From assembly GCA_030625965.1 (NCBI GenBank), contig DAOUPV010000004.1:18948-82947 (forward strand): a stretch of DNA of 64,000 nt, in the 5' to 3' direction. The first letter of the stretch is position 1. Each line of letters begins with the position of its first letter. The notes beneath the pieces were generated by a model. The model worked only from the letters and a program-made list of their open reading frames with translations, was not told the DNA's origin and did no database searches. Positions 36,267 through 45,520 of the stretch are shown here, one piece after another. The stretch is from Clostridia bacterium (GTDB taxonomy: Bacteria; Bacillota; TC1; UBA5767). Position numbers and translations under genes: made by a program.

Positions 36267-36609
36267 GAATTCACCTCCGCGTTTATTATAGCACGTCTGA
36301 TTCCATACTTGGGAACTATGATTAAGGAAAAGAAAAATGCACATATGGGTTTCCAGAATAGAACCGGAACGTCATGAACCTTGTAAAATATAGAAGGAGA
36401 GAAGAGAAGAAAACTGCGATAATCAGTCGTTCAAAGGCTGATTATCTATCATATATCTCGCAATTTCTGAGTGAAAATAAATCTGGAAACATCCTGCAGG
36501 CAGGAATATGCGGATTGGAAAAGGTATACTATAAAGAGAACCTGATAATTGGATGATAGCGGAACCGGAGCGTATATAACACGTCTATGGAGTAGAGGAG
36601 GGATTTAGT

Positions 36610-37824
36610 ATGTTTTTCAAGATGAGTAGAATCATGATCAGTCTTTTACTTTGCTTAGTTTTACTACTGACGTTAACAGGATGTGAAGAAGCGGTGGAAC
36701 CGATAGACCTCTCAGTGGACGAAGAATTGGCTATGGCCAATCAATCGTTTACCTTCAACATGCTGAGGATGTTGAATGAAGAAGAAGGAGAGCACAACCT
36801 ATTCTATTCGCCCTTAAGCATCTCAATGGCGCTCAGTATGGCCCTCAATGGTGCACAAGGTGAGACCAGGGAAGAGATGATACGAGCTCTTTCCTATCAG
36901 GGGCTGGAGCTAGAGGAAATCAATGTGTCGTATGCGGAGTACCAGCGTTATCTGGATCAGAACCTGGGGACAACCGAGCTATATCTGAAGAACTCCATCT
37001 GGATTCGCGAAGGTGAGACCTTGAAGGAAGATTACTTGGATATTATTAGCAATGACTATCTGGCGCAGTCGGACTATCTGGACTTCAGTGATCCGGGTGC
37101 AGCAGACGTAATGAATGGTTGGATAGAGGAAGCTACCAAGGGGAAAATCAAGGATATGTTGACACCGCCTTTGCCAGCGGACGCTGTATTGTACTTGATC
37201 AATGCAATTTATTTCAAAGGGGACTGGGCCAATCAATTCGATGAGGATCAGACCTTTGATACGGACTTCCATAACCAGAGCGGAAGTGTCAGCTCGGTAG
37301 AGATGATGAGCGACAAGCGGACGGTCTGGTATATGGAAGATGAGAACCTACAGGCAGTACGGCTCCCCTATGAAGATGAAAAAAGAAGCATGATCATCCT
37401 TCTTCCGGATGAAACCGGAGACATAGATAGCCTTATAAAGGATCTGGATGAAGAGATGTTCAATACCATCAATGACAGGTTTTATGAAGCGGAAGACCTG
37501 ATCTTGCAGATACCAAAATTCGAGATGGAATACGGTACCAAGAACTTGAATCAGGCACTGAAGAATTTGGGCATGGTAATAGCCTTCACAGGTGACGCGG
37601 ACCTATCCGGTATCAGGGATGGATTGTTCATCTCTAGGGTGTTGCACAAAGCCTTTATCGAAGTTAATGAGAAGGGTAGCGAAGCTGCCGCCGCTACCGT
37701 GGTTGAGGTGCTGGAGAGTGCAACGATGGAACCCCTGATCTTCAGGGCGGATCATCCATTCTTGTTTCTCATTTATGATGAGGTAGCAGAAAGCATCCTG
37801 TTTATGGGCAAGTACAGCGAATAG
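36610..37824 (+). CDS. serpin family lipoprotein (inhibitory-type reactive-centre loop)
   Basis: Lipobox LLLTLTGC. The RCL hinge EVNEKGSEAAAATVVEV is present. The C-terminus ADHPFLFLIYD...ILFMGKY matches the serpin signature. Confidence 0.9.
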   Translation: MFFKMSRIMISLLLCLVLLLTLTGCEEAVEPIDLSVDEELAMANQSFTFNMLRMLNEEEGEHNLFYSPLSISMALSMALNGAQGETREEMIRALSYQGLELEEINVSYAEYQRYLDQNLGTTELYLKNSIWIREGETLKEDYLDIISNDYLAQSDYLDFSDPGAADVMNGWIEEATKGKIKDMLTPPLPADAVLYLINAIYFKGDWANQFDEDQTFDTDFHNQSGSVSSVEMMSDKRTVWYMEDENLQAVRLPYEDEKRSMIILLPDETGDIDSLIKDLDEEMFNTINDRFYEAEDLILQIPKFEMEYGTKNLNQALKNLGMVIAFTGDADLSGIRDGLFISRVLHKAFIEVNEKGSEAAAATVVEVLESATMEPLIFRADHPFLFLIYDEVAESILFMGKYSE

Positions 37825-37856
37825 GAGTGAATGAATCTTAAGCCGAGGGGGAAAGA

Positions 37857-39704
37857 ATGAAAAAGAAACCAGGCATCAAGACAGTGAAGAACGGACCGTT
37901 TGTAGTCGAGGAGATGGATCAGCTTCAGGCATCCACCGGGAGGGAGGTGCCTGTGGAAGAACCGATGGCACTCTGCCGCTGCGGCGGATCATCCAACATG
38001 CCGTTCTGCGATGGAAGTCATGGTAACAACGGATTCAAAGACGAAAAGGATCCCCGACGGATAGAACGGAATCGTTCCAGCTACATCGGCAGCGGGATCA
38101 CTATTCATGATGACCGGGGCATTTGCTCCCATGCCGGATTCTGCACAGATGAGTTGCCGAACGTATTTCGCATGCGAACAGAACCGTGGATTGATCCGGA
38201 TGCTGAAGATGTGGAGAAGATCATCTCCACCATTCGCAAATGCCCATCCGGAGCGCTAAGTTATACCATTGATGAAAACCTGTATGACACTTTTAGCGAC
38301 CAGCCGAAGATTCAGGCCATCGCTGAAGGGCCATATTACGTATCCGGTTCGCTGTCCTTCGATAATGAGGAGGAACTGGCGTCGAAGGAACACTATGCAC
38401 TTTGCCGATGCGGCCATTCCAAGAACAAACCGTTTTGCAGCGGTGAACACTGGTATGTAGGGTTTGACGAGACTGGTCTCATTAGAGAGCCGCAACATCA
38501 AATACATAAGAAACCAGAAGAAATCGGGAAGAATGAACAGATTTATGAGCTGGCAAAGAGTGGTGAAAGTAAGAATACAGCCATGAGCACTCTTAAGGCC
38601 TATCCAGGTTGGGAGCACCTGCTTTTTACAGCCGCGCAGCTGAACCGCATGCCTCTGAACGAGGAAGAACCGGTCAACCTTAGTACTGTAATTGGCAAGA
38701 ATTGCCGGAAACCGTTGGACCTGGCACTACCTTTCTACGTCTCACATATGAGTTATGGTGCAATTTCAAAAGAAGCGAAAGTGGCGCTAGCCACGGGTTC
38801 CGCCATCATGGATACAGCCATATGCTCAGGAGAAGGGGGCTTTTTGGCACCAGAAAGGGAGAGCGCCAAACATTATATTTATGAATTGGGAACAGCAGCA
38901 TTTTCGCATGACGAAGCTGCCATAGCCAAAGCGGATGCTGTGGAAATAAAAATCGGTCAAGGTGTCAAACCTGGTGTTGGCGGTCATCTCCCAGCAGAGA
39001 AGGTTACAAAGGAAATCGCTATGATTCGCCATCTGGAGCCGGGTCAGGATTCGGTATCACCAGGCCGATTCTCCAGAATAGATACTATTGAAGATCTGGA
39101 CAAGGTGATGCAGTGGATCAGAAGTATCAATCCGGATGTTCCGGTGGGCATCAAGATCGCAACCGGACAGATAGAAGAGGATGTCTGGGCTGCTTTGCGG
39201 GCGAAACCGGACTTCATTACCATAGACTGTCGAGGTGGAGCGACAGGTTCGTCTCCGGGGTTTCTGAAAGACAACGTCGGGGTACCGGCGGTCTATGCCA
39301 TTCCAAGAGCGAAGAAGATCATCTTGGAAGCAGGTGTCGATGTGGCTCTTATGGCAACAGGCGGTTTCAGGACCAGCGCTGATATAGCTAAGGGTTTGGC
39401 ACTTGGGGCGGATGGTATCGCGTTGGCAACGGCTTCCTTGATTGGTATCGGGTGCATTCAGGCCAGGATCTGTCACACTGGGAAATGTCCGGTCGGCATT
39501 GCTACCCAGGATGAAAAACTTCGTGTGTTGTTGAAACACAATCGTGCAGTGCAGGGGCTGGTAAATCTCTACAAGACGCTGGCAGAGGAGTTGCGCGTAT
39601 TCTGCAGGATCAGCGGCAAACAGGATATCCATATGCTGGGTGTTGAGGATTTGATGAGCAATAGCGAACAGATTGTTAAGGCTACTGGCGTCCGCAATAT
39701 GTGA
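37857..39704 (+). CDS. multi-Fe-S fusion: CDGSH, divergent 4Fe-4S mono-cluster, CDGSH, then glutamate-synthase-type FMN (GltS central) domain
   Basis: CRCGGSSNMPFCDGSH and CRCGHSKNKPFCSGEH are CDGSH-type motifs. ICSHAGFC...CPSGAL is a ferredoxin-like mono-cluster. The C-terminal 400 aa (LPFYVSHMSYGAIS, GEGG, KIGQGVKPGVGGHLP, DCRGGATGSSP) resemble the GltB FMN domain. Confidence 0.8.
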   Translation: MKKKPGIKTVKNGPFVVEEMDQLQASTGREVPVEEPMALCRCGGSSNMPFCDGSHGNNGFKDEKDPRRIERNRSSYIGSGITIHDDRGICSHAGFCTDELPNVFRMRTEPWIDPDAEDVEKIISTIRKCPSGALSYTIDENLYDTFSDQPKIQAIAEGPYYVSGSLSFDNEEELASKEHYALCRCGHSKNKPFCSGEHWYVGFDETGLIREPQHQIHKKPEEIGKNEQIYELAKSGESKNTAMSTLKAYPGWEHLLFTAAQLNRMPLNEEEPVNLSTVIGKNCRKPLDLALPFYVSHMSYGAISKEAKVALATGSAIMDTAICSGEGGFLAPERESAKHYIYELGTAAFSHDEAAIAKADAVEIKIGQGVKPGVGGHLPAEKVTKEIAMIRHLEPGQDSVSPGRFSRIDTIEDLDKVMQWIRSINPDVPVGIKIATGQIEEDVWAALRAKPDFITIDCRGGATGSSPGFLKDNVGVPAVYAIPRAKKIILEAGVDVALMATGGFRTSADIAKGLALGADGIALATASLIGIGCIQARICHTGKCPVGIATQDEKLRVLLKHNRAVQGLVNLYKTLAEELRVFCRISGKQDIHMLGVEDLMSNSEQIVKATGVRNM

Positions 39705-39737
39705 AGAGAAAATGTGAAAGAATATAGGAATGAGAAT

Positions 39738-39770
39738 GCGGCGATACATTGTTTCGCCGCATCGTGTTTT
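39738..39770 (+). terminator. terminator-like hairpin
   Basis: gcggcga-(9 nt)-tcgccgc followed, after 5 nt, by a T5 run. Confidence 0.5.
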
Positions 39771-39852
39771 TGGATGTATTAGGGGATTTAGATGTGGAGC
39801 CATTGGTAATATGAGCAGGTCTGGTTAATACGGATTTGGGCCCTATGGTATA

Positions 39853-39907
39853 ATTATAGTAGACGTGTCATATGACCGACCAGATGACCGTCAACCTATT
39901 ATAGTAG
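39853..39907. promoter_or_regulatory. two ATTATAGTAG direct repeats flanking a perfect GTCATATGAC palindrome
   Basis: The 10-nt repeat occurs at 39853-39862 and 39898-39907. The 10-bp palindrome is at 39867-39876. The first repeat overlaps a TATAAT hexamer. The region is upstream of the b5-like gene. Confidence 0.3.
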
Positions 39908-40038
39908 GGTATTTTATTTTAATTGGCGCCTCATGGACACAGGAGATCATAGGGAAATCCTTCCTGGGAGGTTAGATAGAAATCGTATTGATTTAAGAAT
40001 TTCGGATTAGCCTTAGATGTGTAATTGGGAGGAATGAC

Positions 40039-40383
40039 ATGAAACGTAAATGTATAGCCGTTCTGATGATGATGGCTCTATTCCTGATGCCAGCTTGTAA
40101 TGCGACAACCGACGAGGCATTAGAAGAACCACCTGCTGAGGAGCCCGAGGAACTGATTCTTACACTTGAAGAACTAAAAGAATATGACGGACAGGATGGC
40201 ACCCCAGCTTATATCGCCGTCGATGGAATTATATATGACGTTAGTGATGTGAAGGCATGGAATGTGGGGCAGCATAATGGATTTTCTGCAGGAAAGGAAG
40301 TTACCGAGGCAATTAAGTCTGAGTCGCCACACGGACTGAGTGTTCTCGATAATTTACCAGAAGTTGGAATCATTGAAGAGTGA
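40039..40383 (+). CDS. cytochrome b5-like haem/steroid-binding domain lipoprotein
   Basis: Lipobox LFLMPAC. LEELKEYDGQDGTPAYIAVDGIIYDVSDVKAW...HNGFSAGKEVTEAI is the b5-like/PGRMC-type fold signature. Confidence 0.8.
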   Translation: MKRKCIAVLMMMALFLMPACNATTDEALEEPPAEEPEELILTLEELKEYDGQDGTPAYIAVDGIIYDVSDVKAWNVGQHNGFSAGKEVTEAIKSESPHGLSVLDNLPEVGIIEE

Positions 40384-40401
40384 AAGAAAGAGGCGAAGCA
40401 T

Positions 40402-40791
40402 ATGGCAACATATCTAGCATGGTTGAATATTCTATTAATCCTATACTTAATTTCACCTCTATTGATTAAGCGCTATACCAGATGGAAAGGGCGGAATATC
40501 ACCACAAGTTTGAAACTGGGAATCATGAAACTTCACAGGTTCCACAAACCTGCAGGCATGGCTTTGTTGATCTTGGGTCTGGCACACGGTTATCTGGCGC
40601 TAGGTAACCGGTTCGACATCAACCATAGTGGGTTCATGTTATGGGTATTCGTGCTTTTTACCACTGTGTTGGGCATAATCAAGGAGAATACGGAGAACAA
40701 AAAGCTTGAGAAAGTTCACGTCCAATATGCGATTTTGATTATCGTGGCTTTGATTTATCATTATTTCTTGCCGGGACCAATAATAGGATAG
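40402..40791 (+). CDS. small integral membrane protein (four predicted helices, several membrane-embedded His)
   Basis: 129 aa with four hydrophobic segments. His residues occur in LAHGY, INHSG and IYHYF. The gene starts 18 nt after the b5-like gene. Confidence 0.6.
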   Translation: MATYLAWLNILLILYLISPLLIKRYTRWKGRNITTSLKLGIMKLHRFHKPAGMALLILGLAHGYLALGNRFDINHSGFMLWVFVLFTTVLGIIKENTENKKLEKVHVQYAILIIVALIYHYFLPGPIIG

Positions 40792-40816
40792 AAAAAAATA
40801 ACAGATTGGGGAGAGT

Positions 40817-42142
40817 ATGTTAAAAAAACCGATCGACATCCAATCAACATTGAACAATCTGCATATGCCAGAGAATCTGGCTATCGGTCTGATGGTAGCG
40901 GAGCAGAAGATAAAATGCCAGCAGATCGGTTGCGACTTTGAGTACTTCGGCTTTGCCTTCGGTGAATCCCCATTCCCAGTCATGACCCGCTTGGAGCAGG
41001 AATTGAGGAAACACACTCTTGATTCCAACTACGCATCGGCATTGGGGATTGAGCCACTTCGCTCGGCAGTAGCATCTTTTTATAACCGGGTATTTCAAGT
41101 GAAGAGACGGCCGGAGCAGATCGTTGTAGGCCTTGGTACCAAGATGCTGGTTTATATGCTCTTGCAGATTCTGGAAGGGGATGTCGTCATCCCTACACCC
41201 GCCTGGATTGGATACGCCCCTCAGGCCGGTATGTTGGGTAGGGCCTGGCATCCGCTGCCTTTGAGAAAAGAAGACGGGTACATGATTGATCCGAAGGCCT
41301 TGGAACACTATTTGGTGTCCCTGCCACCATGTCAGCACTTACTGATTATCAATAACCCCAACAATCCGACAGGCGTCCTGTATACCAAGAGCGAACTAGA
41401 GGAAATCGTTTCTGTTTGTCGGCGCAACAACACACTCATTCTGGCGGATGAGATCTACGCGCTAACTTCCTATCAGTATCCGGACTTTGTTAGTTTGGGT
41501 CAGATTTACCCGGAAGGAACTTTTGTGACTGGGGGTCTGTCCAAGGACCGTTCTGCTGGTGGGTATCGTCTAGGCGTCCTCTTGATGCCTGAAGACTCAG
41601 ATGTGGCCCTCGTAGATGCATTTGAAAAATTAGCGGCCACTATATACTCGAGCATCCCGACACCGATACAATGGGCAGCTATTGCTGCCTATGAAGATCA
41701 TCCTAGCGACTATTTTTACTACGATCGGGTCAGAAATATCCATCGTATTATGGGGACTACACTGAGTGGAATGTGCAATCGTATAAACGGATTGAATGCC
41801 ACCATACCTCAGGGTGGATTCTACTATTATTTGGATTTTCAGGAATTACAGGCCAAGTTAAGTAGTAAAGGCATAGAAACATCAAATCAGTTGGGGAAAG
41901 CTTTGCTGGCCCACCCTTATCATATTGCTACAGTCACTGGAGACGCCATTATGCTACCCCCGGGATCTTTCGGGGCACGTATCGCATTTGTTGATTACGA
42001 TGGCAAAGCGGCATACGAGCATTATGAACGACATACGCCAAAAAATGAACAGGAAGATATCCAGTTCGTACGAGATATGGCCCCTAACATGATTGAAGGA
42101 GTGGAAGCCATAAAGCAATTCGTGATGGATTTGGATAGCTGA
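40817..42142 (+). CDS. class I/II PLP-dependent aminotransferase
   Basis: NNPNNPTG and LSKDRSAGGYRLG (PLP-lysine motif) are present. 441 aa. Confidence 0.85.
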   Translation: MLKKPIDIQSTLNNLHMPENLAIGLMVAEQKIKCQQIGCDFEYFGFAFGESPFPVMTRLEQELRKHTLDSNYASALGIEPLRSAVASFYNRVFQVKRRPEQIVVGLGTKMLVYMLLQILEGDVVIPTPAWIGYAPQAGMLGRAWHPLPLRKEDGYMIDPKALEHYLVSLPPCQHLLIINNPNNPTGVLYTKSELEEIVSVCRRNNTLILADEIYALTSYQYPDFVSLGQIYPEGTFVTGGLSKDRSAGGYRLGVLLMPEDSDVALVDAFEKLAATIYSSIPTPIQWAAIAAYEDHPSDYFYYDRVRNIHRIMGTTLSGMCNRINGLNATIPQGGFYYYLDFQELQAKLSSKGIETSNQLGKALLAHPYHIATVTGDAIMLPPGSFGARIAFVDYDGKAAYEHYERHTPKNEQEDIQFVRDMAPNMIEGVEAIKQFVMDLDS

Positions 42143-42314
42143 TGGGAAAGAGTATCGGTACAATGCTTAGAATGGGTCAATTTTGGAAAGAAAGTATTGA
42201 AATGGGGATACAATCTTGTTAGGATTATCAAGGAGATAGAATTAGGAGTAGAACGGGTATATGACAAAACGCATGATTGTTAAAAACAATGTGATGGGTA
42301 TGGTCGTTCAGAAG

Positions 42315-42346
42315 ATAGCCATGCACTAGCATAGGCTATTTTTTTA
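42315..42346 (+). terminator. Rho-independent terminator upstream of the glycogen operon
   Basis: atagccatgc-acta-gcat(a)ggctat followed by T7. Confidence 0.7.
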
Positions 42347-42471
42347 TCTTGAATTTTATGAAAATTTACTTTGAAAAACAAGGTAAAATGACAATAAACG
42401 TAGAATATGAAGAACTCATAGGGAGGGGATGAGTATATCCCGGGTGTCTTTGTCTAAGGAAAGAGGCCAAT

Positions 42472-44388
42472 ATGTATGTAAAACCCAGTGAAGAAGATCT
42501 ATACCTATTTGGAAACGGTATCCTGTATCAGGCGTACCGCATCTTCGGTGCCCATCCGGTCACTGAAGATGGTCGACAGGGTGTCCAGTTCATGGTATAT
42601 GCACCCAATGCTGTTTCAGTGTCCGTGGTAGGAGACTTTAACCAATGGGATGCTGATAGGCATCCGATGAAGCCAAGCCACGATAGTGGAACCTGGCGTG
42701 TATTCGTACATGACCTAGCTCAAGGCGCCAAATATAAATATGCAATCCGTACTGCAAGCGGCGAACTGCTGTACAAGGTGGATCCGTATGCTTTTCATGC
42801 AGAGGTACGTCCTAAGACAGCTTCCGTGGTGTATGACCTGAGTGGATATGACTGGCAAGATACGGAATGGCAGTCAAGGATAATCAAGGATGAGAATGAG
42901 GACATGGGACCCATGAACATCTATGAGATGCATCTGGGTTCTTGGAAACAACATGAGGATGGGTCACACTACAGTTACCGGGATCTCGCGGAAGAACTTC
43001 CGGGTTACATCAAGGAGATGGGCTACACTCATGTTGAGTTTTTGCCGTTGATGGAGCATCCCTTTGACGGTTCCTGGGGTTATCAGATCACCGGATATTA
43101 TGCCGCCACCAGCCGATATGGATCACCGAAGGATCTGATGTATTTAATTGACAGATTGCACCAGGCGAACATCGGTGTAATTATGGACTGGGTACCGGTA
43201 CATTTCTGCAAGGACGCACATGGGCTTAGCCGTTTTGATGGCGGGCCGGTTTATGAATTCCAGGATCCTGTGCGTGCGGAGCAGAGCAACTGGGGGACTG
43301 GCAGCTTCGATCTGGGCAAGAACCAGGTCAAGAGTTTCCTGATCTCCAATGCGCTATTCTGGCTCGAATTATTCCATGTGGACGGTCTTCGCGTGGATGC
43401 CGTAGCCAGTATGCTCTATCTGGATTTTGAAAGAAGTAATGAACAGTGGACGGCCAACAGATATGGTGGCCGGGAGAATATCGAGGGCATAGATTTCCTG
43501 AGACACCTTAACTTGGTCGTGCGCGAACGTTGCCCAGCCGCCCGGATGATCGCTGAAGAGTCTAGCGCCTGGCCGCATGTCAGTAAAATCGTTGAAGAAG
43601 GAGGGCTGGGTTTTCACTATAAATGGAATATGGGGTGGATGAACGACACACTCCGGTATATGAAGAAGGACACAATCTATCGCAAGCATCACCACAATCT
43701 TCTCACGTTTTCCTTTTTCTATGCGTTCTCCGAGCAGTTCGTGTTGCCCTTGTCGCACGACGAGGTGGTGCATGGCAAGAAGTCCCTGGTAAACAAGATG
43801 CCGGGAGACTATTGGCAGAAGTTCGCCAATCTGCGTGTTTTCCTTGGGTACATGATGACCCATCCAGGAAAGAAACTGAGCTTCATGGGGGCGGAATTCG
43901 CCCAGTTTATTGAATGGGATGAAGAACGCCCATTGGACTGGTTCCTGCTGGAATATCCGGCACATCGTGATGCGCATCTTTATACTAAAGCGCTGAACCA
44001 CCTGTATCTTGAAAATCCATCTCTTTGGGAGAGAGATAAGGAGATGGGTGGTTTCCAGTGGATCGAGGCCAACGATTATTCGCAGAGTATAATCAGTTTC
44101 ATACGCTATGATGCCGAGGCCAATCCACTTATAATTATTTGTAATTTTACTCCGGTAGTACATGAAGACTACCGCATTGGGATTCCGCTAGATGCAGGGT
44201 ACCAAGAAATTTTCAACAGTGATAGTCCGGAATATGGAGGGTCCGGCGTCATCAACATCGGGATTTTGAATAGGGAGCAAACATCTTGGCATAATTTTTC
44301 ACAGAGCTTACGCCTTCGCGTACCGCCATTGGGGATGGTAGTACTGGCGCCTGTTTATTTAAGAAAGGTTAAAGAGGATGAAAAGTAA
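42472..44388 (+). CDS. glgB: 1,4-alpha-glucan branching enzyme
   Basis: 638 aa. GH13 regions [17 protein letters not shown] and IAEESSAWP, plus the GlgB-type N-terminal CBM48 region. Confidence 0.95.
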   Translation: MYVKPSEEDLYLFGNGILYQAYRIFGAHPVTEDGRQGVQFMVYAPNAVSVSVVGDFNQWDADRHPMKPSHDSGTWRVFVHDLAQGAKYKYAIRTASGELLYKVDPYAFHAEVRPKTASVVYDLSGYDWQDTEWQSRIIKDENEDMGPMNIYEMHLGSWKQHEDGSHYSYRDLAEELPGYIKEMGYTHVEFLPLMEHPFDGSWGYQITGYYAATSRYGSPKDLMYLIDRLHQANIGVIMDWVPVHFCKDAHGLSRFDGGPVYEFQDPVRAEQSNWGTGSFDLGKNQVKSFLISNALFWLELFHVDGLRVDAVASMLYLDFERSNEQWTANRYGGRENIEGIDFLRHLNLVVRERCPAARMIAEESSAWPHVSKIVEEGGLGFHYKWNMGWMNDTLRYMKKDTIYRKHHHNLLTFSFFYAFSEQFVLPLSHDEVVHGKKSLVNKMPGDYWQKFANLRVFLGYMMTHPGKKLSFMGAEFAQFIEWDEERPLDWFLLEYPAHRDAHLYTKALNHLYLENPSLWERDKEMGGFQWIEANDYSQSIISFIRYDAEANPLIIICNFTPVVHEDYRIGIPLDAGYQEIFNSDSPEYGGSGVINIGILNREQTSWHNFSQSLRLRVPPLGMVVLAPVYLRKVKEDEK

Positions 44389-45511
44389 AAAGACTGTTGC
44401 AATGTTGCTGGCTGGAGGAGAAGGTCGCCGTCTGGCGCCTTTTACCAAGAATCTGGCCAAACCTGCTATAGCTTTCGGAGCCAAATACCGGATCATCGAT
44501 TTTCCTCTTAGCAATTGCACAAATTCTGGAATCAGCAAAGTGGGGGTACTTACTCAGTTCCACCCGCTCGTTTTAAACGAACATATAGGCTCGGGGGATC
44601 CGTGGGATCTGAACCGCAAGAATGGCGGACTCTCGATTCTTCCTCCTCATATCAAGCAGGGGGACAGCAATTGGTACAAAGGTACTGCCAACGCCATCTA
44701 TCAAAACATCGACTATATCGACCAGTACAGCCCGAAATATGTACTGGTAATTTCTGGCGACCATATTTATAAGATGGACTATTCGACCATGCTGTCTTAT
44801 CACATCGACAACAATTCAACGGCGACCGTTGCCGTACGTGAAGTCCCATGGGAGGATGCATCCCGTTTCGGAATCATGAATACAGATCACTTCAACCGCA
44901 TCCTCGAATTTGATGAGAAGCCCGAAAAGCCCAAGAGCAACCTGGCCTCCATGGGTATCTATATCTTCAATTGGTCTGATTTAAGACGCCATCTGATTGA
45001 AGATGAGCAGAATCCGGAATCCAGTAATGACTTTGGAAAAGACGTAATACCAAAGATGCTCAAAGAGTCTGATCCTATGTACGCTTACCCGTTCGAAGGA
45101 TACTGGCAGGATGTGGGCACCATAGAGTCCTACTGGCAGACCAGTATGGAAATCCTAGAAGGAAGAGGCATCGATCTTTATGATCAAAATTGGCCCATTT
45201 ATACCGTCAATCATGATAAACCACCCACATTCATAAAACAGCAGGCCATAGCTGTGGACAGCATTTTCGGGGATGGCGCTCAGGTGAGTGGGGAAATCCG
45301 TAAGAGTGTTATCTTCGGCGGAGCAGTTGTGGGGAAGAACTCGAAAATTGTAGAGTCGATCATCATGCCGGATGCCCGCGTTGGAGACAATGTGACCCTC
45401 TACCGCACCATCGTGGGTGAAAGAGCGACCATCGAAGACGGAGTTACCTTGGGAGATCCCGATAAGGACGAATTGACCATTGTGGACCACTGCCAAGTAG
45501 TATTCGAATAG
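44378..45511 (+). CDS. glgC: glucose-1-phosphate adenylyltransferase
   Basis: [24 protein letters not shown] and [11 protein letters not shown] are present, along with a C-terminal left-handed beta-helix. Confidence 0.95.
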   Translation: MKSKKTVAMLLAGGEGRRLAPFTKNLAKPAIAFGAKYRIIDFPLSNCTNSGISKVGVLTQFHPLVLNEHIGSGDPWDLNRKNGGLSILPPHIKQGDSNWYKGTANAIYQNIDYIDQYSPKYVLVISGDHIYKMDYSTMLSYHIDNNSTATVAVREVPWEDASRFGIMNTDHFNRILEFDEKPEKPKSNLASMGIYIFNWSDLRRHLIEDEQNPESSNDFGKDVIPKMLKESDPMYAYPFEGYWQDVGTIESYWQTSMEILEGRGIDLYDQNWPIYTVNHDKPPTFIKQQAIAVDSIFGDGAQVSGEIRKSVIFGGAVVGKNSKIVESIIMPDARVGDNVTLYRTIVGERATIEDGVTLGDPDKDELTIVDHCQVVFE

Positions 45512-45520
45512 GAGGTAACC

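Noticed and set aside
36374-36556. 60-aa ORF in the flavodoxin-serpin intergenic region
   Set aside because: There is no Shine-Dalgarno sequence upstream, and the product is basic and low in complexity with no recognisable family. The region is more likely promoter/leader DNA for the serpin gene.
39057-39803. 248-aa ORF on the - strand
   Set aside because: It is a shadow ORF antisense to the GltS-domain fusion gene. It has no motif or RBS support.
43369-44163. 264-aa ORF on the - strand. The same applies to 46901-47572 (223 aa) and 10336-10917 (193 aa).
   Set aside because: All three lie antisense to strongly supported genes (glgB, glgA/glgP, Mch-like 1). They are interpreted as chance open frames in coding DNA.
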